Source: Eledone cirrhosa (Eukaryota). From it: 64,000 nt of DNA. Shown one piece after another: positions 38,544-53,232 of this stretch. The notes beneath the pieces were generated by a model that made no database searches, was not told where the DNA came from, and saw only the letters and a program-made list of their open reading frames with translations. Where the stretch lies: the NCBI GenBank assembly GCA_964016885.1, contig OZ024745.1, forward strand, positions 7,812,001 through 7,876,000. Direction: 5' to 3'. Numbering within the stretch: position 1 is the first letter of the stretch; every line of letters starts with the position of its first letter. The position numbers and the translations under genes were made by a program.

Positions 38544-39829
38544 TTGGCTCTTAGAAAAACCAGCAAATGGAAATCCCCAGGAAAAAACAAAATACCAAAT
38601 TTTTGGATAAATGCCTTCACAGGGTCTCATGAGCTGTTAGCCCAACTTTACAATGAAATAGTTAAGGAGCCAGAAAAGATACCATTATGGCTAGTTAATG
38701 GCATTACATTCCTGCTTCCGAAGAATGATGAGACAAATAATCCCAAAAATTACAGACCGATAACTTGCTTGACCACAATTTATAAAATTTTAACATCAGT
38801 CCTAACTGAATATACATATGACCACCTGATAAAAAATGACCTATTTCCCAATGAGCAGAAAGGGTGTAAACGAGGCTCATATGGCTGTAAGGATCAGCTT
38901 TTGGTTAACAAAATGATACTGGAAGATTGTCATAATAGACACAAAAATCTATCAATTGCTTGGATAGATTATAAAAAAGCATTCGATAGTTTGCCACACA
39001 GTTGGATTGAAAAATGTTTAGAGATTTTCTAAATATCTCCCGTTTTCAGGAGGTTCTTGTCATTCAGTATGAAGACATGGAAAACAACACTCCTTTTGAA
39101 TAGTGAAACAAAATCACTGGAAGCTGGAGAAGTTAATATTAATTGTGGAATTATTCAGGGTGACTCTTTATCACCGCTTTTATTCTGCATCGCACTTATA
39201 CCATTAAGTAAAATGCTCAATGAAACAAAACGTGGATATAAAGTCTATGACAAAACCATTAATCACTTGTTCTACATGGATGTCCGGAAACTATTTGCAA
39301 AAAATGATGAACAATTGCAAGGGCTATTATCCTATTATGGAGCTATTATGGGGCAGTTCAGTGATGACATTAAAATGGAGTTTGGACTAGACAAATGCGC
39401 CAAAGCAACGTTCACCAGAGGAAAGCTGCTGAAAAGTTCAGACATTAATCTTGATCGGGGGAGTGTGATAAGAGAACTTGATCAAGAGGAAACTTACAAA
39501 TATCTAGGTGTTTGTGAAGGAGACAGAATCAAGCACTCGACAACGAGGGAAAGGATAAGGAAGGAATGTTACCGCAGAGTAAGAGCAATCTTAAGAACGG
39601 AATTGAATACAAGGAATAGGATCGATGCTATAAACACGCTTGCCATACCAGTAGTAACCTACAGTTACAATGTCATCAACTGGTCAAGCACAGAGATCCG
39701 TATGCATAAAGATGCATGTGTGTGTATGTATGTTCTTTCTTGACCATTGCGGACCTTGTTGTCTCTTGAGGTCACTGGTTGTGACTTGGTGATAACTCGT
39801 ATGAACATAAAGCAGGATAAATGCAACTA
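38544..39829 (+). mobile_element. D2 copy 2: 5'-truncated and internally deleted
   Basis: Matches 36099-37244, then jumps at about 39703 to the 3' UTR (38398 onward). Confidence 0.92.
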
Positions 39830-39848
39830 TAATAATAAAAATAATAAT

Positions 39849-40034
39849 TGTTTCTACTTTAGGCACAAGGCCAGCAATTACATAGTACATTACTGGTACT
39901 TTATTTTATCGACCCCGTAAGGATGAAAGGCAAAGTCAACCTCGGCGGGATTTGAACTCAGATCGTAAAGGGACATAACTATGCTGGAAAGCATGGCGTC
40001 CGACCCTCTACCGATACTGCTAATCCACTGCCCT

Positions 40035-40035
<1 letters not shown>
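39849..40035 (-). mobile_element. Full-length tRNA-derived SINE (S1) within an (AAT)n tract
   Basis: Minus strand: A-box-like tagcagtatcgg, B-box gagttcaaatccc, core gcctttcatccttacggggtcgataaaataaagtacc, tail gccttgtgcctaaagtagaaac followed by (ATT)n; AAT repeats on both sides. Confidence 0.88.
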
Positions 40036-40100
<65 letters not shown>

Positions 40101-40102
<2 letters not shown>

Positions 40103-42751
40103 CATTGGAAAGCTTGAGTCCCTACTGAATCGGACACTAAAAAACATAGACACTAAAAATAGACTGAAAATAAAGTACAAAACTAGGAGGAAAATGCTAA
40201 ATATTATCATAGAGGAACTGAAGCAACGCATTGTAGCAAAGAGTGCAAAAATTAAGCGATACGAGAACAGAGTCAGTCAGTATAGACAGAACCGCATGTT
40301 TGACAACAACCAGAAAATGTTGTTTGGACAGTTGAAGGGAAAGAAAGAGGCAACGACTTGATCCCTGAGGCGGAACAAACTAAGACATTCTGGAGAGGAA
40401 TATGGGAGCAGGATGTTAAACATAATGACCAGGCAGTGTCGATTGAGACAGTACAAAAGAAGATTAGTGAACAGACACACCAACAAACTGATTTGAGTAT
40501 CACAGTTGAAACTCTTAAGGGGAAGGCCAAAAAACTAACCAACTGGAAATCACCAGGCCCAGATGGTGTGCAGGGGTATTGGATTAAAAATATAACATTC
40601 CTCCACCCGAAACTGACAACCATGTTCAATGACTGCTTGATGTCAGGTGAGGTACCAGAGTGGTTGACAAAAGGTACCACAGTTCTGGTAATGAAAGACC
40701 GAATCAAGGGTAATGATGTTACCAACTATAGACCTATCACATGTCTATCCGTAATGTGGAAACTGTTGACAAGCATTGTGTCTGAGGAAATCTACCATCA
40801 CCTCCACACAAACAACTTGTTACCGGACGAACAGAAAGGATGCCGAAAGAAGTCCCCTGGTACAAAGGACCAGTTACTTATTGATAAGATGGTAATGAGG
40901 AATTGCAAGAGGAGACACACTGGTCTTGCCATGGGATGGATAGACTACAAAAAGGCATTCGACATGGTGCCTCGATCTTGGATCACCAAAAGCCTAGAGA
41001 TCTTCAAGGTGGCAGATAACATCAGACAGTTGTTGGGCAAAAGTATGAAGTCCTGGAAAACAGAGTTAACATCAGCTGGAGAATCCTTGGGAGGCGTGAA
41101 GATCAAGAGAGGTATCTTCCAGGGAGATAGTCTGTCCCCACTGTTGTTTGTCCTTTCCCTGATGCCCCTGACCATTATATTGCGAAAAGTGAGAGTAGGA
41201 TACAAGTTGGGAAAGGGAGAGCTTACCACCAATCAGCTCCTCTTCATGGACGATCTTAAGCTCTTCGGGAAGAATGAGAAGGAGTTGGATGTGCTTGTTG
41301 ACACTCCGTATTTTCAGCAATGATATATGTATGCAATTTGGTATTAGTAAGTGTGGAGTCCTTGTAATGAAGAGGGGTAAATTGAGCAGAAGCAACGGAA
41401 TCCAGGTACCAACAGGTGAGATGATAAAGGAAATTGACACTGAAGAAGGATACAAGTATTTGGGTGTTCTGGAGGCTGATGACACCAAGAACAAAAAAAT
41501 GAAGGAATTGATAAGATCTGAATACATTCGGAGAGTAAGGACCGTATTAAAATCCCATCTGAACAGTAGGAATGCCATAAGTGCAGTAAATTCCCGAGCT
41601 GTGTCTATTATTAGGTACAGTGCAGGAATTCTGAGATGGAATGCTGCTGAACAAAAAGAAAAGGATAGGAAGACTAGGAAGCTATTGACTATCTACAACA
41701 TGTTCCACAAGAGGAGTGATGTCGATAGACTCTACTTAAGGAGATCTGAAGGTGGAAGAGGTCTTATCAGCATAGAGGACTGTGTTCAGATGGAGAAAAA
41801 CAACCTACACAAATACGTGACTGATAGTAAGGAGCCAATGCTCAGAACTGTACTGAAGGAGAGGACAATAGACCAGGGGATGTCCAAGGAGGAAATAACA
41901 ACAAGGAGAAAGAGCAACCTTCATGAAAAATCCCTTCATAGTACCTTCTTTGAGAAAACTGAATTCAGAGATCCACAGACATGGAACTGGTTGAAAAGAG
42001 GAGACCTTAAAAAGGCTACAGAATGAATGCTAATGGCTGCGCAAGAGCAGGCCCTCAAAACGAAGTGGCTGAAACACCATATTTACAAGGAGGAGGCTAG
42101 CCCACTGTGCAGGATCTGTGGAGAGAGAGAGGAGACTGTGGCTCATATTGTATCCGAGTGTAAACACCTAGCCCAGACTCACCTTAAGGGCTGGAGACAT
42201 GATGTGATGGGCAGGGTGATCCACTGGCACCTATGCAAAGTAACCAATTCACCACATTCTGAGAAGTGGTATGAGCATAAGCCAGAGTCGGTGATAGAAA
42301 CGATCAGGTAAAGGTGCTGTGGGATTTCAGGATACAGACGGACAAGAAACTGAAACACAATAGACCTGACCTGGTGGTTTTGGACACGGAAAAAAGATCG
42401 TGCCTGATTGTGGATGTAGCCTGCCCACTCGACACGAGAGTGCAAGAGAAGGAGAGGGAGAAAATTAACTGATACCAGGACTTAAAATGGGAGGTAAAAA
42501 GTATTTGGAACTGCCATGAAGTCAAAGTGGTCCCGATTGTCATAGGCGCACTAGGTGCTATCTCATAAAGTTTCCAGGGATGGTTAAAGAAAATTGGCCC
42601 CGCCCCGTTTTTGGAACACTTCAAAAGGCATGCTTGCTGGGAACAGCAAGAACCCTCCGATACGTCCTGAATATCTGAGGCTGCAGGTAGTGGCTTGATA
42701 TTCATTTCAACAAACTTTCCGGTTAACTAACATCAATGACTGAGACTCAAA

Positions 42752-42753
<2 letters not shown>
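40101..42753 (+). mobile_element. D1 copy 2, 5'-truncated, disrupted
   Basis: Collinear with 24991-27584; retains ETVAHIVSEC and RHD; flanked by (AAT)n at 40036-40100 and 42754-42811. Confidence 0.93.
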
Positions 42754-42811
<58 letters not shown>

Positions 42812-42830
42812 GTACTGAAGGAGGGGACAA

Positions 42831-44670
42831 AATCACTGGAAGCTGGAGAAGTTAATATTAATTGTGGAATTTTTCAGGGTGACTCTTTATCACCGCTTTT
42901 ATTCTGCATCGCACTTATACCATTAAGTAAAATGCTCAATGAAACAAAACATGGATATAGAGTCTATGACAAAACCATTAATCACTTGTTCTACATGGAT
43001 GACCTGAAACTATTTGCAAAAAATGATGAACAATTGCAAGGGTTATTATCCACTGTGGAGCAGTTCAGTGATGACATTAAAATGGAGTTTGGACTAGATA
43101 AATGCGCCAAAGCAACGTTCACCAGAGGAAAGCTGCTGAAGAGTTCAGACATTAATCTTGATCGGGGGAACGTGATAAGAGAACTTGATCAAGAAAAAAC
43201 TTACAAATATCTAGGTGTTTGTGAAGGAGACGGAATCAAGCACTCGACAATGAGGGAAAGGATAAGGAAGGAATGTTACCGCAGAGTAAGAGCAATCTTA
43301 AGAACGGAATTGATTGCAAGGAATAGGATCGATGCCATAAACACGCTTGCCATACCAGTAGTAACCTACAGTTACAATGTCATCAACTGGTCAAGCACAG
43401 AGATCCGTAGGCTCGATACAAAAATTCGAAAATTCCTAACCATGCACAGAATGCATCACCCTAAGGCAGATATAGATAGAATATATCTCCCTAGGAAAGA
43501 AGGAGGACGTGGGTTAGTCCAGTTAGACATTGCGTTGAAAACTGCAACAATTGGATTATCTACATATCTAAGGGAATCACATGATTGGATGATCAAACTC
43601 GTTTTGAAACACGAAAGCATCAAAAGATCATATTCCATTACAAAGATGCACAAAGATACAGTAATGGACTACAAATTTACTGCTGAAATGGAAAACACAG
43701 AAAAAGCAAAGCAGGTAAAAGTAACTGCAAAGAAAGAACTGCTACAGAAACTGGCTAAGAAATGGCAAGAAAAGTCTCTGTATGGAAAATACACAGAGCG
43801 AGCTAACAATCCTGATGTTGACAAAACTTTAACCCATCAGTGGTTGGCATCCTCTGGACTGAAATCGGAGACTGAAGGACTGATTATATCAGCACAAGAT
43901 CAGTGTCTGCCAACAAAAAATTACCAAGCCAACATAATAAAAAATGGATGCAGCCCATTATGCCGTGTATGCAAAAAACAACCAGAGACCATTGACCATA
44001 TAATTTCAATGTGCAGTCCTATAGCTCCAACCGAATACCTAAGCAGGCATGACAGAGCTCCACAATACATACATTGGATAATGTGTAAGCATTTTGACCT
44101 GCCCCATCAAAAGAATTGGTGGGAGCCTCAACCACCTCCCATACTTGAAAAAGATCACATCTCAATCTTGTGGAACTTTAGCATCCAAACAGACCGAAAA
44201 ATAGATGCAAATAGACCTGATATAATATTGAAGGACTTTAAAAAGAGGGTACGCCTGCTAATTAATATGTCCGTTCCAATAGACAAGAATGTATGTATAA
44301 AAACATTTGAAAAATTGAGCAAGTATAAGGACCTGGAGATACAAATTGGAAAAATGTGGAAATTGAGAACTAAAACAATACCAGTGGTTGTGGGCGCTCT
44401 GGGAATGATACCTAAGGGGTCTAATGATTACTTATCGCAAATCCCAGGAAACCCGCGTATAGGAGAAATACAAAAGATAGTACTAATGGGAACTGCCCAT
44501 ATACTAAGGAAGATTCTGTCAATATAAGTACATCACAAGTCTAAACACTAAAGATGCATGTGTGAGTATGTATGTTCTTTCTTGAACATGGCGGACCTTG
44601 TTTTCTCTTGAGGTCACTGGTTGTGACTTGGTGATAACTCGTATGAACATAAAGCAATATAAATGCAACT

Positions 44671-44671
<1 letters not shown>
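42831..44671 (+). mobile_element. D2 copy 3, 5'-truncated (RT C-terminal half, CCHC and REL in one 531-aa frame)
   Basis: Collinear with 36667-38520; ORF 42932..44527; (TAA)n tail at 44672-44737. Confidence 0.93.
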
Positions 44672-44737
<66 letters not shown>

Positions 44738-45641
44738 GTACTGAAGGAGGGGACAATAGGCCAGGGGATGTCCAAGGAGGAAATAACATCAAGGAGAAAG
44801 AGCAGCCTTCAGGAAAAATCCCTTCATAGTACCTTCTTTGAGAAAACTGAATTTAGAGATCCACAGACATGGAACTGGTTGAAAAGAGGAGACCTTAAAA
44901 AGGCTACAGAAGGAATGTTAATAGCTGCGCAGGAGCAGGCCCTCAAAACGAAGTGGTTGAAACACCACATTTACAAGGAGAAGGCTAGCCCACTGTGCAG
45001 GATCTGTGGAGAGAGAGGAGACTGTGGCTCACATTGTATCCGAGTGTAAACACCTAGCCCAGACTCACTATAAGGGCTGGAGACATGATGTGATGGGCAG
45101 GGTGATCCACTGGCACCTATGCAAAGTAAACAATTTACCACATTCTGAGAAGTGGTATGAGCATAAGCCAGAGTCGGTGATAGAAAACGATCAGGTGACG
45201 GTGCTATGGGATTTTAGGATACAGACGGACAAGAAACTGGAACACAATAGACCTGACCTGGTGGTTTTGGACAAAGAAAAAAGATCGTGCCTGATTGTGG
45301 ATGTGGCCTGCCCATTCGACACGAGAGTGCAAGAGAAGGAGAGGGAGAAAATTAACTGATACCAGGACTTAAAGTGGGAGGTAAAAAGTATTTGGAACTG
45401 CCATGAAGTCAAAGTGATCCCGATTGTCATAGGTGCACTAGGGACTATCTCAAAAAGTTTCCAGGGATGGTTAAAGAAAATTGGCCCCTTCACGCTTTTT
45501 GGAACGCTTCAAAAGGCATGCTTGCTGGGAACAGCAAGAACCCTCCGATACGTCCTGAATATCTGAGGCTGCAGGTAGTGGCTTGATATTCATTTCAACA
45601 AACTTTCCAGTTAACTAACATCAATGACTGAGACTCAAAGA

Positions 45642-45642
<1 letters not shown>
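44738..45642 (+). mobile_element. D1 copy 3, 3'-terminal 0.9 kb
   Basis: Collinear with 26742-27584; (TAA)n tail at 45643-45684. Confidence 0.93.
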
Positions 45643-45682
<40 letters not shown>

Positions 45683-46601
45683 TACAAACATGAAAATATG
45701 AAATATTCCCAATCAGTCTCGTACAGAAATCCTTTTTAGGAGAATAGCTTAGAGATTGGACGGATATGATATTGTGCGAAAAGAAACAGGAAATTCATTG
45801 CAGGCATACAAAAAGAGAGAAAAAACTGACATAATTACACATCTAAAGGCGATTAGACTTTACACACCGGATATCCGGTTACTGTTTGATGGCTGATGCT
45901 TAATTTGAAATAGAATTAATAGTAATTCTTTTTATCTAATTCATGTTCACTTTGAAATAACTTTAAAAAAAAAAATTACAATTGGGTTAGGGCTATTCCC
46001 CAACGACAAACTGGCATAATTAAAGACTATCTGGTATGATAACAACATGGAATGAAGGAAACGAAACCGAGAATACCGGTAAAGGTTGTGTCGTTCTTCC
46101 CGCCTTCATAGATTCTGTTAGGGTTTTATAACACCGCTGTTTCTCTGTGAAGCTTATACGTAACTGGAGGGCGTTAAAATACGAATAATTTATGTCGGTC
46201 TCTTTTCAGCGTGACTTTCCTCTTCTCTCTGATGTAGGTAAATACAAAGAGTAATTTGCCAGCTTTTATTTATTTATTCCTTTATTCTTTTCTTATTGTT
46301 AAAATTACATGTCTCACAACAAAGAAACTGACAAAGTCACAAACACTGTGATTTAATAATGTTTAGGATAAATACGTCTTTGATTATACGTCTGCACTTA
46401 GGTTTCTCCTGCCAGAGAACCCGTAGAACGACAATCTTATTGCCACACTGGTATAGCCACCTCATTAATTGATACTTTCTAAGGTTTGTCTGTTAGTTTT
46501 TCATCACAATCTAAATGTTTCAAAATTATGATAAAAGTTCAGTCCTAGACTGTGCTTCAGATTCCAAAATACAGCTTATTTCAACGAAAACATCGCAGAT
46601 T

Positions 46602-46938
46602 CTATAGCTACATTAAACCAGAACCTATAGCTACATTCAACCAGAACCTATAGCTAGATTCAACCAGAACCTATAGCTACATTCAACCAACACCAATAGC
46701 TACATTCAACCAGAACCTATAGCTACATTCAACCAGAATCTATAGCTACATTCAACCAGAATCTATAGCTACATTCAACCAGAACCTATAGCTACATTCA
46801 ACCAACATCAATAGCTACATTCAACCAGAACCTATAGCTACATTCAACTAGAACATATAGCTACATTCAACCAGAATCTATAGCTACATTCAACCAGAAC
46901 CTATAGCTACATTCAACCAACATCAATAGCTACATTCA
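46602..46938. repeat. 23-bp minisatellite (ctatagctacattcaaccagaac), about 14-15 copies
   Basis: Units start at 46625 and 46648. Confidence 0.95.
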
Positions 46939-47402
46939 TTAAAATATAAAATACAACATCATTGCATTGATGTTGTATTTTAATTTTAATTTTGCTTTGA
47001 TTCTGTTTTAATGTAATTCTGATTTTGAATTTAAATTGCCATTCAGAAATAATATAATATATGTCACCCCACTGTACATCAATATATACATATGTATCTG
47101 TATGTCTCTTGCGTTGGAAAGGAGGTCATGTAAGTGTACAAACATTGAAAAATGCTCCGAAGAATCCAAGCCTCGGTTTGGATGAAACAATTGTAAGCGA
47201 ATAAATGCTTTGAACATAGCTTTGATTCCTGTGAATTCTATATAACTGCTCTGTAGAACAACTGATGTTATTACATTGAGCTATTTATCTTACTGGTAAT
47301 AAGGTAGTAATAAATTACTGACTTTCACTGTTTAGGGTTTAAAATATATATAACTATAAAAAGTTTTAGTATATACATAACCATAAATAGTATCCTTAAT
47401 AC

Positions 47403-47433
<31 letters not shown>

Positions 47434-47479
47434 CTTTATCATTAACATTAATAAAAAAATAAATAAATAAAATACTAAT

Positions 47480-47662
47480 TGTTTCTACTTTTGGCACAAG
47501 GCCAGCAATTACCCAGTGCATTACTGGTGCTTTCTTTTATCGACCCCGTAAGGATGAAAGGCAAAGTCAACCTCGGCGGGATTTGAACTCAGTTCGTAAA
47601 GGGATGTAACTCTTTGCTGCAAAGCATGGTGTCTGACCCTCTACCGATACTGCCAATCCACA
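47480..47662 (-). mobile_element. Near full-length S1 SINE
   Basis: Highly similar to 39849-40035. Confidence 0.88.
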
Positions 47663-48184
47663 ATGTATAATTATTTAAAAATAATTTTTCCCAACTTTCT
47701 TTTAGACTAAGTCCCCGAATTTCATATAGCTTATAGTCTCAGCAGGTAAAAGACCAGCCCTGCTTTCTATAGTGAATGTGTCCCAGACGTTTGACCAAAA
47801 CATTTATTTTGAGGTTTTCAGGGGTGAATGTACACGAGATGATATGTGAAGGAACCATTGTTATAAACCTACGGCCTTTTATTTATATTAACAATAAAAT
47901 ATATATTCTTTCTATTTTAAATACGATGTTTGAATGAGCTGCAACGATTCTCGTGTCTTTTTGTCTCACGTGACGCTAATTCTAATGTTCTTTTCAACAC
48001 AGTAATTACAATGATAGAGTAAACCAGGGTAAATTTAATTAGGGTTCTATAAACATTAAACTTACAATTTTCTCTTCGTCTTATTATTGACAGTAGCATT
48101 TAAATAACATAGTAGCTAGTTCTAGCATTAGATATGTATTATATATTTCGTCTAAATAACACTATTTTTGTTGTTGAGGTGCAG

Positions 48185-48725
48185 TGCACTCTACTAAAGC
48201 AGGTGGAGAAGTTCAAGTATCTCAGGGCTGTGTTCACGAGTGATGGAAGGCAGGAGGCTGAATTAAGTGTAAGAATTGCAAAAGCTGGTGCAGTAATGCG
48301 CCAGCTTCAGCATTCAGTAATGAGAAGGAAGGTAAGTGTAAAATCCAAACTCGTTATCTTCAATTCGGTATTTGTGCCAACTCTTACCTATGGTCACCAA
48401 TTTTAGGCAATGACCAAAAGAATACGATCGCGAATACAAGCGGCCGAAATGGGATTCCTCCGAAGAGTCTTTGGAGTAATGTTACTCGATAAAGTGTGTA
48501 GCTCGGAGATCAGAGAATCACTCCAGGTAGAGCTGCTACTTCTCTGGATTGAGAGATCACAGCCCTGATACTATGGACATGTGGTTAGAATGTCTCAGGA
48601 AAGAATCATTGGACAGATTTTACGGGCAAAACCAACTGACAGGAGACCCAGGGGTAGACCCTGAGTAAGATGGTTGGATAACATCCATGAGTTTGGTTGG
48701 TCACGCTTGGAGATCCAGCTGGATT
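48185..48725 (+). mobile_element. RTE-clade LINE 3' fragment (RT thumb and C-terminus)
   Basis: QVEKFKYL, FVPTLTYG, RIQAAEMGFLRR, YGHVVRM, RPRGRP..RW with in-frame stops. Confidence 0.88.
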
Positions 48726-49006
48726 AGTTAGAGACTGTTCTAACCAGCATTACAGCCATCATATCTAACTGCCTGAAAATTAGGTGACACTATTTTAAAC
48801 TGTTTTCTTCATTGGTGGAGTGTTCGCTCTGGTATTTCAGAAACTACTGAAGCTAAAAACATTCAAATTTTCTTGTATGAATAAACAAACTTTCCTGTTT
48901 AAATATTCGCTGCCTTGCGGTTACTGAAAACAAATAACTCTTACAGAAAATCATAATTTGCACAATTGCAGAGAAACTGTAATTGTATTAATTATTATTG
49001 CAAACT

Positions 49007-49170
49007 AGGGCGGAGGAGTGGCAGTAGAATCGGTACAGTGTCGAACAACATGCTTTGCGGCATAAAGTTTCGTCCTTTTACGTTCTGATTTCAAATCCTG
49101 CTGAGGTTAGCTTTGCCTTTCATTCTTACGAGGTTAATAAAATAAAATACATGTAACGCAGGGAATCGAT
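49007..49170 (+). mobile_element. Degenerate S1-like SINE
   Basis: tggcagtagaatcgg ... ttcaaatcctgctgaggttagctttgcctttcattc. Confidence 0.75.
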
Positions 49171-49747
49171 TTAAAATCGGTAATTCTTTTAAGCTGTCTC
49201 CGTTGATTTAAAAAAAAACCCAGAATTAGTCGTTTAGTTTACGTATTGAGACACCAACCATTCCTTTTTTAAAACATTTCTAGTAATGTAGTTTTTGTCA
49301 TGTATAATGTTTTTTAAAGTATAAAGTAAATTAATTCTCACAGGAACACTACCACTTAAAATAAAATTTCGCCGGAGATAGATTAATAAAATGGAATAAG
49401 AGCGAGTGGGGAGGAAAATATCTGAAAAATTAATAAGCGTGCGTGTGGGGGGGGGGGATTATTGGAGACCCGAGAATATGTAAGAATATAATCAAGAATC
49501 TATTAAACGTTGTGTGATATTGGACATGGTTTACATATCTGTCATTATAAGATATATTTCTTTGGATTATCTTTAATAGATGACATTACAATATATACGA
49601 TTGTCCCTTAGGGGAGTCGAAAGATGGAGTAATTTGATTAGTTCCCTTTAAGTCCTGGTTTTATATCACGCCAATGTTGATAAAAAAAACCAGTTATGTA
49701 CTGGGGTCAATATAATTGGTTATACTTACTTTCCCATCTCGAGTCAG

Positions 49748-50070
49748 CAGGGCTGGACCGAAAGGGACGACCATACAGCATGACAATCTTCCCGTTTTGC
49801 GGTGTTTAGGCCTCTCATCTGGGATGCCACATGCTGTGACACCTGTTCAAGTGACAACCTGATGCCCGGCTCTCGACCGTTCTCGGATAGGTTTGTGGTA
49901 GAGACTGTAGCAGTGGAGATTTACAACGTTCTTGGCCCTTGGACCACATCCCTACTCACTACTATCGGAGCGGAGTTGGCTACCCTCAGGTACGAGCCCC
50001 GCGAGGGGAAGTGACTGTTCTAGCGCGTCTCCCTCACCGTCCTCCGGATCAATGTATTCTCCATCTTGTC
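49748..50070 (+). mobile_element. CRE-like non-LTR retrotransposon REL endonuclease remnant
   Basis: Translated pieces GLDR, MTIFPF, PLIWDATCCDT, VAVE..VLGP, EPRE resemble the CRE-clade endonuclease C-terminus. Confidence 0.65.
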
Positions 50071-50663
50071 GGTTGGGACCCAGAGGTGGAGGGTAAGTTA
50101 GTTGCTAGTGGAGGATACTCGTTCGGATGTCAATTTCACACATGTATTGAGTACCTTTTTAAACTGTAAGCAAATTGTTAGATAAATCTAGCTGTGTGTG
50201 TGTGAGAGAGAAAGAGAGAGAGAGAGTGGGGGGAGACTTTTCAGTCATTATATCATTGTTACATCATATTTATACTTGATCAAATCTTACTAGAATCAAC
50301 TCCACCCATTCACCTACTTAGGGGTGGGGTGATAAAAGGAATACCAGTCATGTGCTAAGGTTTGTTTCTATTGACTACAAATACGTGGCGTTGTGCCAAC
50401 GTAAGAAAGAACCATGTTGTAACTAAACAAAAAGAAAAGGAAAGAAAGCGAAAAACAAAGCATTTCTGAAGCACTTAACCGTACTTAAACATGGCGAGTA
50501 AAGCGATACGTTTGAAATGTGATAACCTTGCTTAGGGTTTGTTCAAACGTTCCATAGACTCTTAAATACTTCTCGCATTGTAAAAATGACGAACGAATTA
50601 TATGATTAATAATTCTACCCATATTATACACGTATCGGCATAGCAATATATACACACACACGC

Positions 50664-50758
<95 letters not shown>

Positions 50759-51126
50759 TATATATATATATACATATATACATATATATATATATACATA
50801 TATACATACATATATACACATACATACATATATATATATACATATATATATGTGTGTGTGTATGTATGTAAGTGTGTGTGAATGTGTGTCAAGTAAATAT
50901 ATATAATGGTAAATATAAATGGTATAAAGCAAGAAAACAAACAATGAAGTATTTTTATGTAATTGATATTAATAGGCCGACGGTGAAAGTATAGGTGAGT
51001 GGGCGCTCCTCGGGAATGGCGCTCACATTAATAGATGTGTACAGTTTTTAGCAACGTTTGCTGAATGAAAGTGGACACTGGATTTGATTTCAGAGAGTCG
51101 TAACGATATGATGCAATAAATTATAC

Positions 51127-51848
<722 letters not shown>

Positions 51849-51932
51849 CATACATACATACATACATACATACATACATACATACATACATACATACATG
51901 CATATATATATATATATACAAACATATATATA

Positions 51933-52023
<91 letters not shown>

Positions 52024-52032
52024 TGTATGTAT

Positions 52033-52236
52033 GTAGTTACTGATGATGTTGATCTTTTCTTCTTTTCGGGTTATAGCTACTGTCACTAAGAGAGTGGGAT
52101 TGGCTCAGTGCACAGTCTTCCCTCACTTTAATAAAATCTTTGCGCACAGGCATTGTACGATAGAATTAATTAATAATTATTAATAATGGTATATCGTGCA
52201 ATGGCCATACTCGATAACGAGGGGGCAGCCATCATG
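52033..52236 (+). mobile_element. 5'-truncated second copy of the same element, inverted
   Basis: Reverse complement of 51232-51436 with scattered mismatches; (TATG)n on both sides. Confidence 0.7.
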
Positions 52237-52439
52237 TATGTATGTATATGTATAATTTATTGTATCATATATATATATATATATATATATATAGCATGTC
52301 TTCAACTCTTACTGTGTAGAAGGGTACGAGATCAATCTCAGAAAAAGTGGCATAACATTTTAAGAAACTGTCAAGTAAGAAATATAGTTGTTGATATCTT
52401 GGTGGGTTGGGTTTAATAAATGATGAACTTTTACATAAG

Positions 52440-52560
52440 CGAAAGAGCGTAGTTTAAATGATAGGCTGTTGAACTCACGGTCATAAGGTCAATGTTTCGA
52501 TTTCAGGACCGTGCGGCGCGTTATGTTCTTGAGTAAAATACTTTATTCTACTTTGTTCCT
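52440..52560 (+). mobile_element. Degenerate tRNA-SINE head (family S2, as in 14810-14895)
   Basis: ttcgatttcaggaccgtgcggcgcgttatgttcttgagtaaaatactttatt is similar to 14833-14884. Confidence 0.6.
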
Positions 52561-53232
52561 TCTGTTAGGAGTTGTGACCGGCAGATGGTATGAACAATAG
52601 AAAAACCAGCAGAAAGATTGTTTCTTTCGTCTCAGCTGACAACCAGCCACGTACCTTTTGCATACATCACAAGAAGCCTTCATCTGAACTGGAATTTAAG
52701 TTGAGTAGCAGAGTATCAAGTTCTCCGTAGGTAAACTTAAAATCAATATTGAAAGATAAGGAAGCATTTAGAGTGTGTGCCACCGGAGCAGCCCTTAAGT
52801 TTTCGGCCCCCACATATTCAATACTCAATTATATACAACAGATCCAAAAGCATCGCTCGGGGTGAACCACCGCCATCGTCCCCTTAACGCCTAACAACGC
52901 TAGTGAGTATTCATGAACTTACCCTGTTCCTACCCATCACAACAAAGACGCTATACCTTTGTATATTTATCCAGCAAAAATAAAATAGAGTTCTGCTGAT
53001 GGTATTCGAACAGTCGACACTTCTGCCACCAGCGTTAGAAATAGTTTATAAAAAATGATACTTTATCGTATATAGATTTGTAACTGTTGATGAAATCATA
53101 GAAGCGCCGCAGTCACACAGCACGTCTTGGGCATTGTGAACCTGGTGGAGCCCATTCTCTCTCCCGGCTTGAATACAGCTGAGTTCTTGATTAGAAAAAG
53201 TGATAGAGCAAGAATAGATTTAACTACTAGAC

